Virus record (IMG/VR): IMGVR_UViG_3300029419_000277
Direction: 5' to 3' (one strand)
From: a virus
Length of the DNA: 64,000 nucleotides
In this document: positions 29,853 through 38,247 of the stretch, piece by piece
How the letters are laid out: every line of letters starts with the position of its first letter
Numbering within the stretch: the stretch's first letter is position 1
The notes under the pieces: generated by a model
What the model was told of the DNA's origin: nothing
Databases searched by the model: none
Seen by the model: only the letters and a program-made list of their open reading frames with translations
Position numbers and translations under genes: made by a program

Positions 29853-29995
29853 TTGCGTAACCACCTCCTCGCAGGCATGAAAAAAGCCCATCTGCACGAA
29901 GCAGACAGGCTAAAGGAAAAAATGCTATTAGCTGTGTATCAAAGTCATCCTTTCAGCATACAATATATTTATCAGTAAATTTATCGACTAACCGG

Positions 29996-30024
29996 TTGAT
30001 ATTTTTGCAAACGTGTGCTATAAT
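29996..30024 (+). promoter_or_regulatory. consensus-like sigma70 promoter (TTGATA-17-TATAAT) for the toxin-antitoxin operon
   Basis: -35 TTGATA at 29996-30001, 17-nt spacer, -10 TATAAT at 30019-30024; AGGAG at 30037-30041; ATG at 30051. Confidence 0.6.
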
Positions 30025-30050
30025 GCAATCAAAGAAAGGAGTTGACGATT

Positions 30051-30374
30051 ATGGCTTCTGTTATGAGTGCTATTACCAACACTGTTCCAATCACCCAATT
30101 CAACCGTGGTCTTGCCGGAAAAATATTTGAAGATGTCAAGCAGTGCGGTGCCAAGGTTGTTATGAAAAACAATGCTGCCGAATGCGTTCTCATCTCCCCG
30201 GACGAATATGTCCGTTTAATGGATGAATTAAATGATGCTCGTCTGCTGGCTGTTGCTTCTGAACGTATGGCACACTTTGATCCCACCTCTTTGATTTCTG
30301 AGGAAGAAATGAACCGCCGTCTCGGTGTTACAGAAGACGATCTCGCCGGTTTTGACGAGGTAGAAATCGAATGA
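30051..30374 (+). CDS. type II antitoxin, Phd/YefM family
   Basis: 107 aa from ATG 30051 (the TTG at 30042 in the ORF track is too close to the RBS); Phd/YefM-like fold signature; 4-nt ATGA overlap with the downstream toxin. Confidence 0.8.
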   Translation: MASVMSAITNTVPITQFNRGLAGKIFEDVKQCGAKVVMKNNAAECVLISPDEYVRLMDELNDARLLAVASERMAHFDPTSLISEEEMNRRLGVTEDDLAGFDEVEIE

Positions 30375-30706
30375 GCTGGAAAGTTGAATACCTCCCTGAA
30401 GCAGAAAAAGACCTCAAAGGTTTAGATGGTAGCCAGCGCAATCTTGTTCTGAAAGCCATCAAAAAAGTTCAGCAAAATCCACTGCCTGTTGATGAACAGG
30501 GCTACGGCAAACCGCTCGGCAATCACAACAGCACTAACCTTGCAGGACTTCTGAAAATCAAACTCCGCTCTGCGGGTCTGCGCATTGTCTATCAGCTTCG
30601 ACGTACTGAGACATCTATGATGATTATTGTCATTGGAGTCCGTGCTGATGAAGAAGTGTACGAACTTGCCCAGAAGAGAGTTCTGAAGCACGAAAAGTCC
30701 GATTGA
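30371..30706 (+). CDS. type II toxin, RelE/ParE family
   Basis: 111 aa; RelE/ParE-like motifs (..LLKIKLRSAGLRIVYQL...MMIIVIGVRADEEVY); translationally coupled to the antitoxin. Confidence 0.8.
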   Translation: MSWKVEYLPEAEKDLKGLDGSQRNLVLKAIKKVQQNPLPVDEQGYGKPLGNHNSTNLAGLLKIKLRSAGLRIVYQLRRTETSMMIIVIGVRADEEVYELAQKRVLKHEKSD

Positions 30707-30805
30707 CTTTTTCTGCCTAATCGACTATACTTTGATGATGATCAGGTTTCGGTAACCTTGCGAGGTCCGAGACCGGGAAGATGACCTTCGGGCCACCTTC
30801 TTTCT

Positions 30806-30836
30806 CCCCCAGTTGTGCACGGCTGGGGGATTTTTT
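30806..30836 (+). terminator. rho-independent terminator after the TA operon
   Basis: CCCCCAG (30806-30812) / CTGGGGG (30823-30829) stem followed by TTTTTT (30831-30836). Confidence 0.6.
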
Positions 30837-30903
30837 ATACCCATTGCCAGACGATTGTGCTTATTTCATTCACAATATAAGCACGTTCGTCTGTTTTTTC
30901 GCC

Positions 30904-31445
30904 TTAGAACCGGTCAAAGTCCTCCTGCGATGCCAGTTCCTTATACGGATACTCGTCGTTCTGCCGCTCCGTAAACATATCATTGACCAACCCGATGGTC
31001 AGCAGGTCGAGGTCGGCGATGCTGATACCGAGCTGTACACAGCGCAGCAGAAAGAGCGGGGTGGTCATTTCCCGCTCACTTTTTCGAGGTTTTTTCTGGA
31101 TTCCACCTCCGTCTGCACGTTCAGACCCCACAGTTCGATCAGCTGGGGCAGGATCTGGTAGATGGAGAAGGTGTTGAACTGGTCCAGAAACTCCTCCGGG
31201 CTGTCCGGCACCTTTGCCGGGTCCGCATGACGAGCCATCAGCCATGCCAGGTCCTCGAACATCTCCAGACTGAACAGGTCGAGGTTGGAATTGTCCTCAT
31301 CGTTCTCCCCCACGCTCTTTTCCAGCTGGCGCAGGTCTTTATAAATGTCACGGCCAAACTTGATGCGGTACAGGCGCGGCACGGCGGCACTTGCCTTAAA
31401 AGTGACTTCCTTGCCATCGATCTCGATTTTCTTCGTAACTGCCAT
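30904..31445 (-). CDS. tail assembly chaperone GT fusion produced by programmed -1 frameshift
   Basis: The -1 frame ORF 30904..31245 overlaps the 3' end of G; slippery heptamers A_AAA_AAC (plus 31089-31095) and G_AAA_AAG (plus 31079-31085) lie just before the G stop. The -1 frame reads ..QKKPRKSEREMTTPLFLL.., continuing the ORF. Confidence 0.5.
31065..31445 (-). CDS. tail assembly chaperone (gpG-like)
   Basis: 126 aa from ATG 31445 (GGAGG 8 nt upstream; the ORF-track Met at 31469 lacks an RBS); acidic protein immediately upstream of the tape-measure region. Confidence 0.7.
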   Translation of the reverse strand: MAVTKKIEIDGKEVTFKASAAVPRLYRIKFGRDIYKDLRQLEKSVGENDEDNSNLDLFSLEMFEDLAWLMARHADPAKVPDSPEEFLDQFNTFSIYQILPQLIELWGLNVQTEVESRKNLEKVSGK

Positions 31446-31477
31446 AATCGTAATCCTCCAAAATTTCATGTAAAATT

Positions 31478-31497
31478 GGCAGAGCCGAAGCCCTGCC
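31478..31497 (-). promoter_or_regulatory. UUCG-tetraloop hairpin (copy 1) between the SPFH gene and the chaperone gene
   Basis: ggcagagccgaagccctgcc; minus-strand RNA forms GGCAGGGC-UUCG-GCUCUGCC. The same 18-nt core recurs at 32368-32385. Confidence 0.55.
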
Positions 31498-31511
31498 GTA
31501 TATCGTGTTTC

Positions 31512-32342
31512 TTACTCTGCCGGGTCAATGCTCACCAGTGCATTACCGCCGCTCACAGTAGGCAGCTTACCATCCCACTTCTGGATCTTCTGGTACTCGA
31601 TCAGCGTATCGGACAGGCTTTCTGCCAGTTTGCGGTTTGCCTCTGCCTGTGCTTCTGCGGCAATGGAAGTCTTCTGGGCTTCCGCCTCTGCATTGGTGAT
31701 TGCCACCTGCTTATCCGCTTCTGCCTTGGCAATGGCGGCTTCATTCTCGATCTTCTGCTTATCTGCATTCTGCTGTGCAATGGACTTCTGCTGGATGGCT
31801 TCGTTATAAGCATCCTCGAAATTCATGTCGTTGATGACGACCTTGTTCACAAACACAACGTCCTCACCATATTTCTGCACAAGGGATTCTGCCAGCTTCT
31901 GTTGTGCCAGAGGCTCAATCTTGGTGCGGTTTGTCACCTCATTGGGGCCAAGTTCAGCCATCGCAGACTTGATGGCAGATGCCACCAGCTCATCACCAAC
32001 CAGATTCTTGATGTCGGACACATTCGCATACAGCCATGCACTCTTCTCAGGAAGCACCTGATAGGTCACGATCACATCAGCGGCATACACAGGGGTCTTG
32101 TCGGAGGCTTCGCCCCAGACCTGCGCTTCGATGTGCTTATCCTGCTGCTTGTTGTTGACCTTGTGGATGCTCTGCACAAAGGGAATGCAGAAGTTGAGCT
32201 TGCCGCTCTGAATGGTGGTTTTCTGGATCTGACCGAAGCTGGTCTTCACGCCCGTGTAACCGGTGGGGATGATGTGGAACGAGCAGACAGCCAGCACCAG
32301 AACGATGATCACTGCGAACAAAGGAAAAAACTTCTTCATAAT
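31512..32342 (-). CDS. SPFH/band-7 (stomatin/prohibitin/HflK-C-like) membrane protein
   Basis: 276 aa from ATG 32342 (AAGAGG RBS); N-terminal TM helix (MKKFFPLFAVIIVLVLAV) then IIPTGYTGVKTSFGQI... SPFH core and Ala/Glu/Gln-rich coiled-coil tail; the upstream ORF-track extension lacks an RBS. Confidence 0.8.
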   Translation of the reverse strand: MMKKFFPLFAVIIVLVLAVCSFHIIPTGYTGVKTSFGQIQKTTIQSGKLNFCIPFVQSIHKVNNKQQDKHIEAQVWGEASDKTPVYAADVIVTYQVLPEKSAWLYANVSDIKNLVGDELVASAIKSAMAELGPNEVTNRTKIEPLAQQKLAESLVQKYGEDVVFVNKVVINDMNFEDAYNEAIQQKSIAQQNADKQKIENEAAIAKAEADKQVAITNAEAEAQKTSIAAEAQAEANRKLAESLSDTLIEYQKIQKWDGKLPTVSGGNALVSIDPAE

Positions 32343-32367
32343 CGTATACCTCTTTATAATAATGTAA

Positions 32368-32385
32368 GCAGAGCCGAAGCCCTGC
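32368..32385 (-). promoter_or_regulatory. UUCG-tetraloop hairpin (copy 2) between the major tail gene and the SPFH gene
   Basis: gcagagccgaagccctgc, identical core to 31478-31497; lies 17 nt after the major tail protein stop. Confidence 0.55.
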
Positions 32386-32401
32386 AGTGTGTGTCGGTCA
32401 C

Positions 32402-33016
32402 TTAGCCCTGCGGCTCCTCGGTGTGACTGGTGTCTTCGGTGTCCACAGCTTCTGCCTGCGGCTCGTAGACCGCATCGTACCATTTGTTATAGACATCATC
32501 GGTGGTGTTAGTACCGGTCTTTGCCTTGACATAACCGTTTGCCAGAGGGGTTGCCTGCAGGTTCAGAGTGTCCGTCTTGACTTCCTTACTGTCCTCATTG
32601 GTCTCACCCTCGATGGACGGACGGCTTGCCACACAGTTGTACAGCACATGACGGATGTGGCGCTGGTCGCCATCGAACTCAAACAGGAAGGCGAAATGCT
32701 CCAGTTCCACATTGGCGTTCTCAGCAAGCACGCCGTTGCCATCCAGCTCCTCGTGCATGATGTCCGTGAGGAAGCTCTCCGGGATCAGTGCGATTTCCAG
32801 ATCACCCTCGTAGCCGGAGTTGTTATTCACGACATAGTAGGCGATATTGTCCGCATAAAACGGCTCGATCTCGCCATTGGCATCCATCGAAAGACTGACT
32901 GCACCGGGGATGCGGACCGGCTTCGCATAGGTGACACTGCCATCTTCGTCAAAGGTCGCCTTTGCATAATGGCAGTTTTTCAGGCCAAATTTGACCTTAT
33001 TGCTTTTCTTCGACAT
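32402..33016 (-). CDS. major tail protein (TP901-1/phi13-like family)
   Basis: 204 aa; MSKKSNKVKFGLKNCHYAKATFDEDG... typical N-terminus of this major tail family; position between tail completion genes and chaperones. Confidence 0.75.
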   Translation of the reverse strand: MSKKSNKVKFGLKNCHYAKATFDEDGSVTYAKPVRIPGAVSLSMDANGEIEPFYADNIAYYVVNNNSGYEGDLEIALIPESFLTDIMHEELDGNGVLAENANVELEHFAFLFEFDGDQRHIRHVLYNCVASRPSIEGETNEDSKEVKTDTLNLQATPLANGYVKAKTGTNTTDDVYNKWYDAVYEPQAEAVDTEDTSHTEEPQG

Positions 33017-33050
33017 AGTGTTCCTCCCATAAAAATATCCTGCATGAGCA

Positions 33051-33368
33051 TCACACAGTCAGCTCATACAGGACTTCATACATTTTTTCGGTTTCGATCC
33101 AGACCTCGCTTTTCTCATAGTAGAGTTCGTGTGCGGTCAGGACTTCTTCAATAGTTGCTTCCATATCCGGGTCTTTGTAATCGGTGTACACCTCGATGTC
33201 CAGCCGGTTGAAATGGTGGTACACAAGGTTATCTGCGCCGAAATTCTCGGCTTTCGGATACAGGAAGCAGATAAACGGTGGATCAGGACTCTCCCCTTCT
33301 GCGAAATGGTCATACGCATAAGGAAGCCCCATTTCCTCCACCAGAGCTTTTACTTCTTCGTGGGTCAT
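33051..33368 (-). CDS. tail completion / tail terminator-like protein (hypothetical)
   Basis: 105 aa; acidic; conserved position just upstream of the major tail gene. Confidence 0.45.
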   Translation of the reverse strand: MTHEEVKALVEEMGLPYAYDHFAEGESPDPPFICFLYPKAENFGADNLVYHHFNRLDIEVYTDYKDPDMEATIEEVLTAHELYYEKSEVWIETEKMYEVLYELTV

Positions 33369-33378
33369 TGGTTTCTCC

Positions 33379-33756
33379 TCACTTCAGTGCCTTTTCGATA
33401 AGGGACTGGAGCTGCTCGATACCGGCCTGTTCTGCCGGAGCAATATGGGGTCTTCCTGCCACACGACCGCCGCCGCGCTTGGCATGACCCTTTTCCAGCA
33501 GATGTGCCAGCTGGTAGCGGTTCTTGGAATGCACCACCATCTGAAGGCTCTGGCTGGATTCCGACTGTTTGGTCGCTACCCAGCTTTCCTTGTACCGCCC
33601 GGTTCTGGACGGTGCGCCGGACTGAATCTGCTCCTTGACGGTCTTGGCAGATTTACGGACAGCTTTCTTGACCTCGGTGGAGGCAAGGGTCGCATACTCT
33701 TTCAAGCCCTCATTGATGGCATCTGCCATTTCATCGATGTTGACAGTTCTGCTCAT
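33379..33756 (-). CDS. HK97 gp10-family tail-component protein
   Basis: 125 aa; HK97_gp10-like sequence features and position. Confidence 0.6.
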   Translation of the reverse strand: MSRTVNIDEMADAINEGLKEYATLASTEVKKAVRKSAKTVKEQIQSGAPSRTGRYKESWVATKQSESSQSLQMVVHSKNRYQLAHLLEKGHAKRGGGRVAGRPHIAPAEQAGIEQLQSLIEKALK

Positions 33757-34087
33757 CCGGCTGCCTCCTTTCCAAACGGCAATGAATCTTCAGCGTTTTC
33801 TTCTGGAAATTCATCGGGTCAACGGATTCGATATTGTAGAGCTGCTCCCGGAAACGGATGCGGTAGCCAGTGGAAGTCAGGCCTCTCGTCTCACTGCACC
33901 AGCGGACCGTGAACACCACACTCTTCTGCTCGGCTATGACCTCACCCTCTTCTTCCTGCGCCTGATAGGTCGAAGCGTAGGCAAAGCAGGTGAAATATTT
34001 CTCCCATGTGTTCCGATGGTTTCCGACCTTATCGGTCACGACCGTGCTTTTCTCGATCGTGATCCGCTCATTCAGCTTCTCGATCAT
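33731..34087 (-). CDS. head-tail adaptor / head closure protein (SPP1 gp16-like)
   Basis: 118 aa; family-typical size and position. Confidence 0.55.
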   Translation of the reverse strand: MIEKLNERITIEKSTVVTDKVGNHRNTWEKYFTCFAYASTYQAQEEEGEVIAEQKSVVFTVRWCSETRGLTSTGYRIRFREQLYNIESVDPMNFQKKTLKIHCRLERRQPDEQNCQHR

Positions 34088-34425
34088 CAGAACACCCCCT
34101 CCCTCACAGCAAACAGAATGGAACGAAGCGTCAGCATCAGCTGGTGATGGTCGGCTTCGTCCCGGTGCTCATAGAGATACCCCAGTGCATACAGAATCGC
34201 CACACGGCAGGTGCTGCGCAGGGCTTCCAGTTCCCTTGTGGGCTGTACTCCGTTCTCGGCATCCCGATCAGCGGCATTGACTGCCTCCCACTGGTCTTCC
34301 GAAAGACGGCCCACGTCCTTGCACATCTGCTCCGCAGAAGATAAAAGGATGCCGATCAGGGCATCCTCATCACTGCTGTCCACGCGGAGATAGGTCTTCG
34401 CTTCGTAAAGCGGGATCAGTGCCAT
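34087..34425 (-). CDS. head-tail connector protein (gp6-like / phage_connect_1)
   Basis: 112 aa; ALIPLYEAKTYLRVDSSDEDALIGILLSSAEQ.. typical of QLRG-family connectors; directly downstream of the capsid gene. Confidence 0.6.
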   Translation of the reverse strand: MALIPLYEAKTYLRVDSSDEDALIGILLSSAEQMCKDVGRLSEDQWEAVNAADRDAENGVQPTRELEALRSTCRVAILYALGYLYEHRDEADHHQLMLTLRSILFAVREGVF

Positions 34426-34451
34426 AACCGGCTCCTCCTTTCCTGGCTTTC

Positions 34452-35657
34452 TTAGCCCTGCGGTGCCATCTGCAGAAGCTGTACGGCTTCCGGCAGGATC
34501 AGCTTGCCATCCACACGCTGGGTGGTCAGGAAGCCGACCTGATCAGTACGGGCATACAGCTCGTTCAGACGGCGGAAGGTGCGGTTCTGGCGGTCAGCCA
34601 CCCAGTAGTAGCTGTAATCGCCAAAGGCCATGACTTTGCTGCCACCCTTGATCTCCGGCATGAAGGCGGAAGTCTTCAGCGGACGATTCAGCAGGGTATC
34701 CGGCTTGCCGATCTCCAGACCCGGCTTCCAGATATAGTTGCCGTTGTTGTCCTTGATGGTCATCAGCTGCAGCACCAGGGCTTCGTTGCAGAGGAACTGT
34801 GCCTTCTTGCGGTACGGAGCCTTCAGTGCGTAGTAGAGCTTGAAGATCTCATCAAAAGAGACAGCATCCTTCTGCGCAGCGGTCACACCGACCTTGGCAC
34901 CGCCAGTCTCAGCCAGCAGACCCAGAGGCTTGCCCACACCGTCACCGGTGATAAAGGCGCGCTCCTCTGCGTTGCCCATACGCACACCGAAACGGCGGGC
35001 GATATAGGTGGCGAGGTCGAATGCGGAATCGTTCAGAAGCTCATTGGAGATCTTAATCATAGTGCCCAGCTTGTACGCAGACAGCATGGTCTGACCGAAG
35101 GTGGTATCGCTCTCCGGGATCTCCTCACCCTCATCGATCCAGCTTGCCTCGCCGGTATCTTCCGCGATGGGGATCTTACGAGTGCCAGAGCTGGTACGGA
35201 TGACGGTCGCCATACCACGGAAGATGTTGTTCTCTTCCAGTGCCTCTACCAGCTTCTTCTCGAACTCGTCGGGAACGGTAAAGCCGCCCTCGGTGTCCTC
35301 ACCCACAGACAGGGCATTGCGGACTTCTCCGTAATGGCCGCGGTTGCGGATCATGTTCCAGAAGTTCTCGGCATACTCGGCAGTGGCGGTCGGCTTGACA
35401 TCCTTCTTGGCACCGTTCTTCGGGTCCGCGTGGACAGGACTGGAAGTCGGTGCGGACAGCTGTGCCTCGATCTGTGCCTGCTGCTCCAGACGCTCGATCT
35501 CTGCACCCAGGTCCTTGACCTCCTGTGCCATCTTGTTGTACTGCTCCACGGCCTCAGCATTTACCAGACCGTTCTCGCCGCGGTTCTTCTCCAGAAAGTC
35601 CTTGGTCTGCTCCCAGAGAGTGTTGCGCTTGGTGCGCAGTTCCAGAATCTTACTCAT
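34452..35657 (-). CDS. major capsid protein, HK97 family
   Basis: 401 aa; N-terminal coiled-coil delta-domain-like region (ILELRTKRNTLWEQTKDFLEK...) and HK97-fold body; placed after the protease. Confidence 0.85.
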   Translation of the reverse strand: MSKILELRTKRNTLWEQTKDFLEKNRGENGLVNAEAVEQYNKMAQEVKDLGAEIERLEQQAQIEAQLSAPTSSPVHADPKNGAKKDVKPTATAEYAENFWNMIRNRGHYGEVRNALSVGEDTEGGFTVPDEFEKKLVEALEENNIFRGMATVIRTSSGTRKIPIAEDTGEASWIDEGEEIPESDTTFGQTMLSAYKLGTMIKISNELLNDSAFDLATYIARRFGVRMGNAEERAFITGDGVGKPLGLLAETGGAKVGVTAAQKDAVSFDEIFKLYYALKAPYRKKAQFLCNEALVLQLMTIKDNNGNYIWKPGLEIGKPDTLLNRPLKTSAFMPEIKGGSKVMAFGDYSYYWVADRQNRTFRRLNELYARTDQVGFLTTQRVDGKLILPEAVQLLQMAPQG

Positions 35658-35714
35658 AGTGTTTGTCCTCCATAGATTGATTTGTGGTGATATGAAAAAC
35701 AGCCTGAATGCACA

Positions 35715-36614
35715 TCACTTCATGCACTCAAGCTGTCTCATCAGGATATTGTAGGGGATGCTGCCATCCTCGGTCTTGCCGTCCATGTCAAGGACAGGGC
35801 CGGAATTAGCAGGCGGTTCTGCCGGAGGGGTCGGCTCTGCGGACAGTTTCGGGTCAGCAGGCGGCTCCTTCGGCTCAGTGTGTTTCTGACCCACATCTTC
35901 CGGTTTCACACCCAGACGGTTCAGGACGATTAAATCCATCTGACGGCTGGAGAAAAGGTGCCCTGCCGTATCCTTCTGGAACGGCTTCTTTTCTTCGCTC
36001 TCGCCCGATTCACTGTCGGGGTCTTCTTCCGGATTCTCCGGGTCTGCCGGGTCACTGTCCGGCTCCTCCTCTTTCTTTGCAAAGAGGATCTCGTCTGCAA
36101 AGCCCAGCTCCACCGCCTTCTTCGCATTCATCCAGGTCTCATTGCTCATGAGGTTGGCGATACGGGCGTGGCTGAGGCCGCTCTTCGCTGCGTAGGCATT
36201 GATGATACTTTCCTTGACTTCGGTCAGCACCTCGATGGCCTTTTCCATGTCCTTGGTGTTGCCCATTGCAACAGTGCTGGGGTCATGGATCATCAGCATG
36301 GCAACAGGACTCATCTGGACAGTATCACCAGCCATTGCCACAACGGATGCAGCAGATGCCGCAATCGCATCGATCTTGACCGTGATGCTGCCCTTGTAAT
36401 CCTTAAGCATGGTATAGATCTCGGCAGCGGCGAACACATTGCCGCCCGGAGAGTTGATCCAGACGGTCACATCCCCCTCGCCGGATTCCAGCTCATCCCG
36501 GAACATCTCCGGCGTGATCTCATCACCCCAGAATGATTCCTCATCAATGGGACCTTCCAGCCGGAGGATTCTGGTATCATCACTGTTTTTGATCCAGTTC
36601 CAGAATTTCTTCAT
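35715..36614 (-). CDS. ClpP-like prohead maturation protease (S14 family) with acidic C-terminal scaffold-like region
   Basis: 299 aa; ClpP motifs (VWINSPGGNVFAAAEIY...IDAIAASAASVVAMAG...MIHDP). Confidence 0.85.
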   Translation of the reverse strand: MKKFWNWIKNSDDTRILRLEGPIDEESFWGDEITPEMFRDELESGEGDVTVWINSPGGNVFAAAEIYTMLKDYKGSITVKIDAIAASAASVVAMAGDTVQMSPVAMLMIHDPSTVAMGNTKDMEKAIEVLTEVKESIINAYAAKSGLSHARIANLMSNETWMNAKKAVELGFADEILFAKKEEEPDSDPADPENPEEDPDSESGESEEKKPFQKDTAGHLFSSRQMDLIVLNRLGVKPEDVGQKHTEPKEPPADPKLSAEPTPPAEPPANSGPVLDMDGKTEDGSIPYNILMRQLECMK

Positions 36615-38008
36615 CGGGTTCTCCTTCCATTTTTTCGTGGCTTACTCTCACTCAGCCGATTATCGCTGTCAGGTTCTTCTTCCGGGTCGAGCTGTGTTTC
36701 TTTCGGCTGGTTCTGCTGGCCTGCGGCAGCTTTATTCTGCTGTGCCACTCCTGCATCTTTCAGCTTCACATAGCCGCCGTTCAGGTAGTAGTCGTCACCG
36801 CCCTCCTCTGCCGGGATGAGGTCCATGTTCTCCAGACGATGCACATCATTCGGAGAGAGGAAGCCGTTGCTGATGCCGGTCGCATAACCGTTCATCCGGC
36901 TCTGGTAATCGCCACGGAGCAGACCATCCACATTGAATTTCGGGAAGTAGGTATCCTGCTCCTCTTCCAGTAGCAGATCTTTGATGATGCCCTGCTCGAT
37001 GCGGACAAGCCACGGGGTCAGGGAATGCATCACGAAGTTCAGCGACTGGTATTCAATGTTGGAGAAGGTCGCCCTGGACAAATCGGCTACCAGATGCGGA
37101 GGCACACGGAAGATACGGCAGATCTCCGTCACGGAAAACTGCTTCGTTTCCAAAAACTGGCTGTCCTCCGGTGGCAGGGAGATTGGTTTGTAGGCCATGC
37201 CCTCTTCCAGCACAGCCACACGATGGGCATTGGCTGCACCGCCATATGCTGCCTCCCAGCTATCCCGGATACGGTTCGGGTCTTTCACAACGCCGGGATG
37301 TTCCAGCACACCGCTTGGCTGTGCGCCGTTCTTGAAGAAGGACGAGCCATACTTGTCCACCGCAATGGATGTGCCGAGGCTGTTCTTCATCATGGCGATC
37401 GGTGAGAAACCGATCAGACCATTGAAGCCCAGTCCCGGCACATGGAAGATCTCGTCCCGGCGGAAGTAGAGGTCTTTGTTCTGTTCACCCGGAACTTCAT
37501 CCGTGTATGCGTGGTAGATATAGTAGAGCTCGCCACTCTCATCTCGGTCGACTTCAACATTTTCCGGTAAAAGCGGATACAGACCCAGTACCGTGTTCTT
37601 GCCATCCCGGACGATCTGTGCATAGGCATTGCCCCAGAGGAGCAGATGGGTCATCAGAGTTTCCCAGAAGACAAAGGATGTCATTTCCGGGTTAGGCTGG
37701 CGATACAGAATCTTATACAGCGGATGATCCCGTGCCTTTTCCTTATTGCCGTTATCGTCTGTTACCCGGTAGAGATGCAGCGGCAGTGCCGCAATGGACT
37801 CTGCCAGCAGACGGACACAGGCATACACAGTCGGGATCTGCATGGCGGCTTTCTCATCCACCTGCTCCCCGGCATTGGAACGGCCAAACACAAAGGTCTG
37901 CCCGGAATCACGGACGTTATCCGTGACCTTCGGCAGACCTTCTTTTGGCTGTTCTGTTTTAGGAGAATCCCTTGGGTTCTCAAACCCCATCCATTCCCAG
38001 AATCCCAT
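36611..38008 (-). CDS. portal protein, HK97 family
   Basis: 465 aa; portal-family length and motifs; 4-nt overlap with the protease gene. Confidence 0.85.
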   Translation of the reverse strand: MGFWEWMGFENPRDSPKTEQPKEGLPKVTDNVRDSGQTFVFGRSNAGEQVDEKAAMQIPTVYACVRLLAESIAALPLHLYRVTDDNGNKEKARDHPLYKILYRQPNPEMTSFVFWETLMTHLLLWGNAYAQIVRDGKNTVLGLYPLLPENVEVDRDESGELYYIYHAYTDEVPGEQNKDLYFRRDEIFHVPGLGFNGLIGFSPIAMMKNSLGTSIAVDKYGSSFFKNGAQPSGVLEHPGVVKDPNRIRDSWEAAYGGAANAHRVAVLEEGMAYKPISLPPEDSQFLETKQFSVTEICRIFRVPPHLVADLSRATFSNIEYQSLNFVMHSLTPWLVRIEQGIIKDLLLEEEQDTYFPKFNVDGLLRGDYQSRMNGYATGISNGFLSPNDVHRLENMDLIPAEEGGDDYYLNGGYVKLKDAGVAQQNKAAAGQQNQPKETQLDPEEEPDSDNRLSESKPRKNGRRTR

Positions 38009-38238
38009 TAAGCCTTATCTCCTTTCTCCAGTTCCGGCAGGCCGGCAAGGCTGGTACCAAAGGACGCAACACCTGCCACAATAGCCGCGCTGCCAACTGC
38101 AACCCAGTCCACAGTGCCGCCGGGCATCTGTGTCACGACCAGAGCCGCACCAGTCTGGAACATCGTCTTTGCAGCACGGATGCCGGCTGCCTTCCACCAT
38201 TCTGCACTCATCAGATACTTCATTGTGTTTTCCTCCAA
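38008..38238 (-). CDS. small membrane protein (two predicted TM helices), possible holin-like protein
   Basis: 76 aa; hydrophobic segments AAGIRAAKTMFQTGAALVVTQ and WVAVGSAAIVAGVASFGTSLAGL; between terminase and portal. Confidence 0.45.
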   Translation of the reverse strand: MEENTMKYLMSAEWWKAAGIRAAKTMFQTGAALVVTQMPGGTVDWVAVGSAAIVAGVASFGTSLAGLPELEKGDKA

Positions 38239-38247
38239 ATCTTCATA

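Noticed and set aside
30042-30050. TTG start for the antitoxin gene as given in the ORF track
   Set aside because: The TTG is immediately adjacent to the AGGAG (30037-30041). The ATG at 30051 has ideal 9-nt spacing and is preferred.
31469-31512. Longer N-termini for the chaperone (31469) and SPFH gene (32483 in the ORF track)
   Set aside because: No RBS before the upstream Met codons, while GGAGG/AAGAGG sites precede the internal ATGs at 31445 and 32342. The upstream stretches overlap the hairpin elements.
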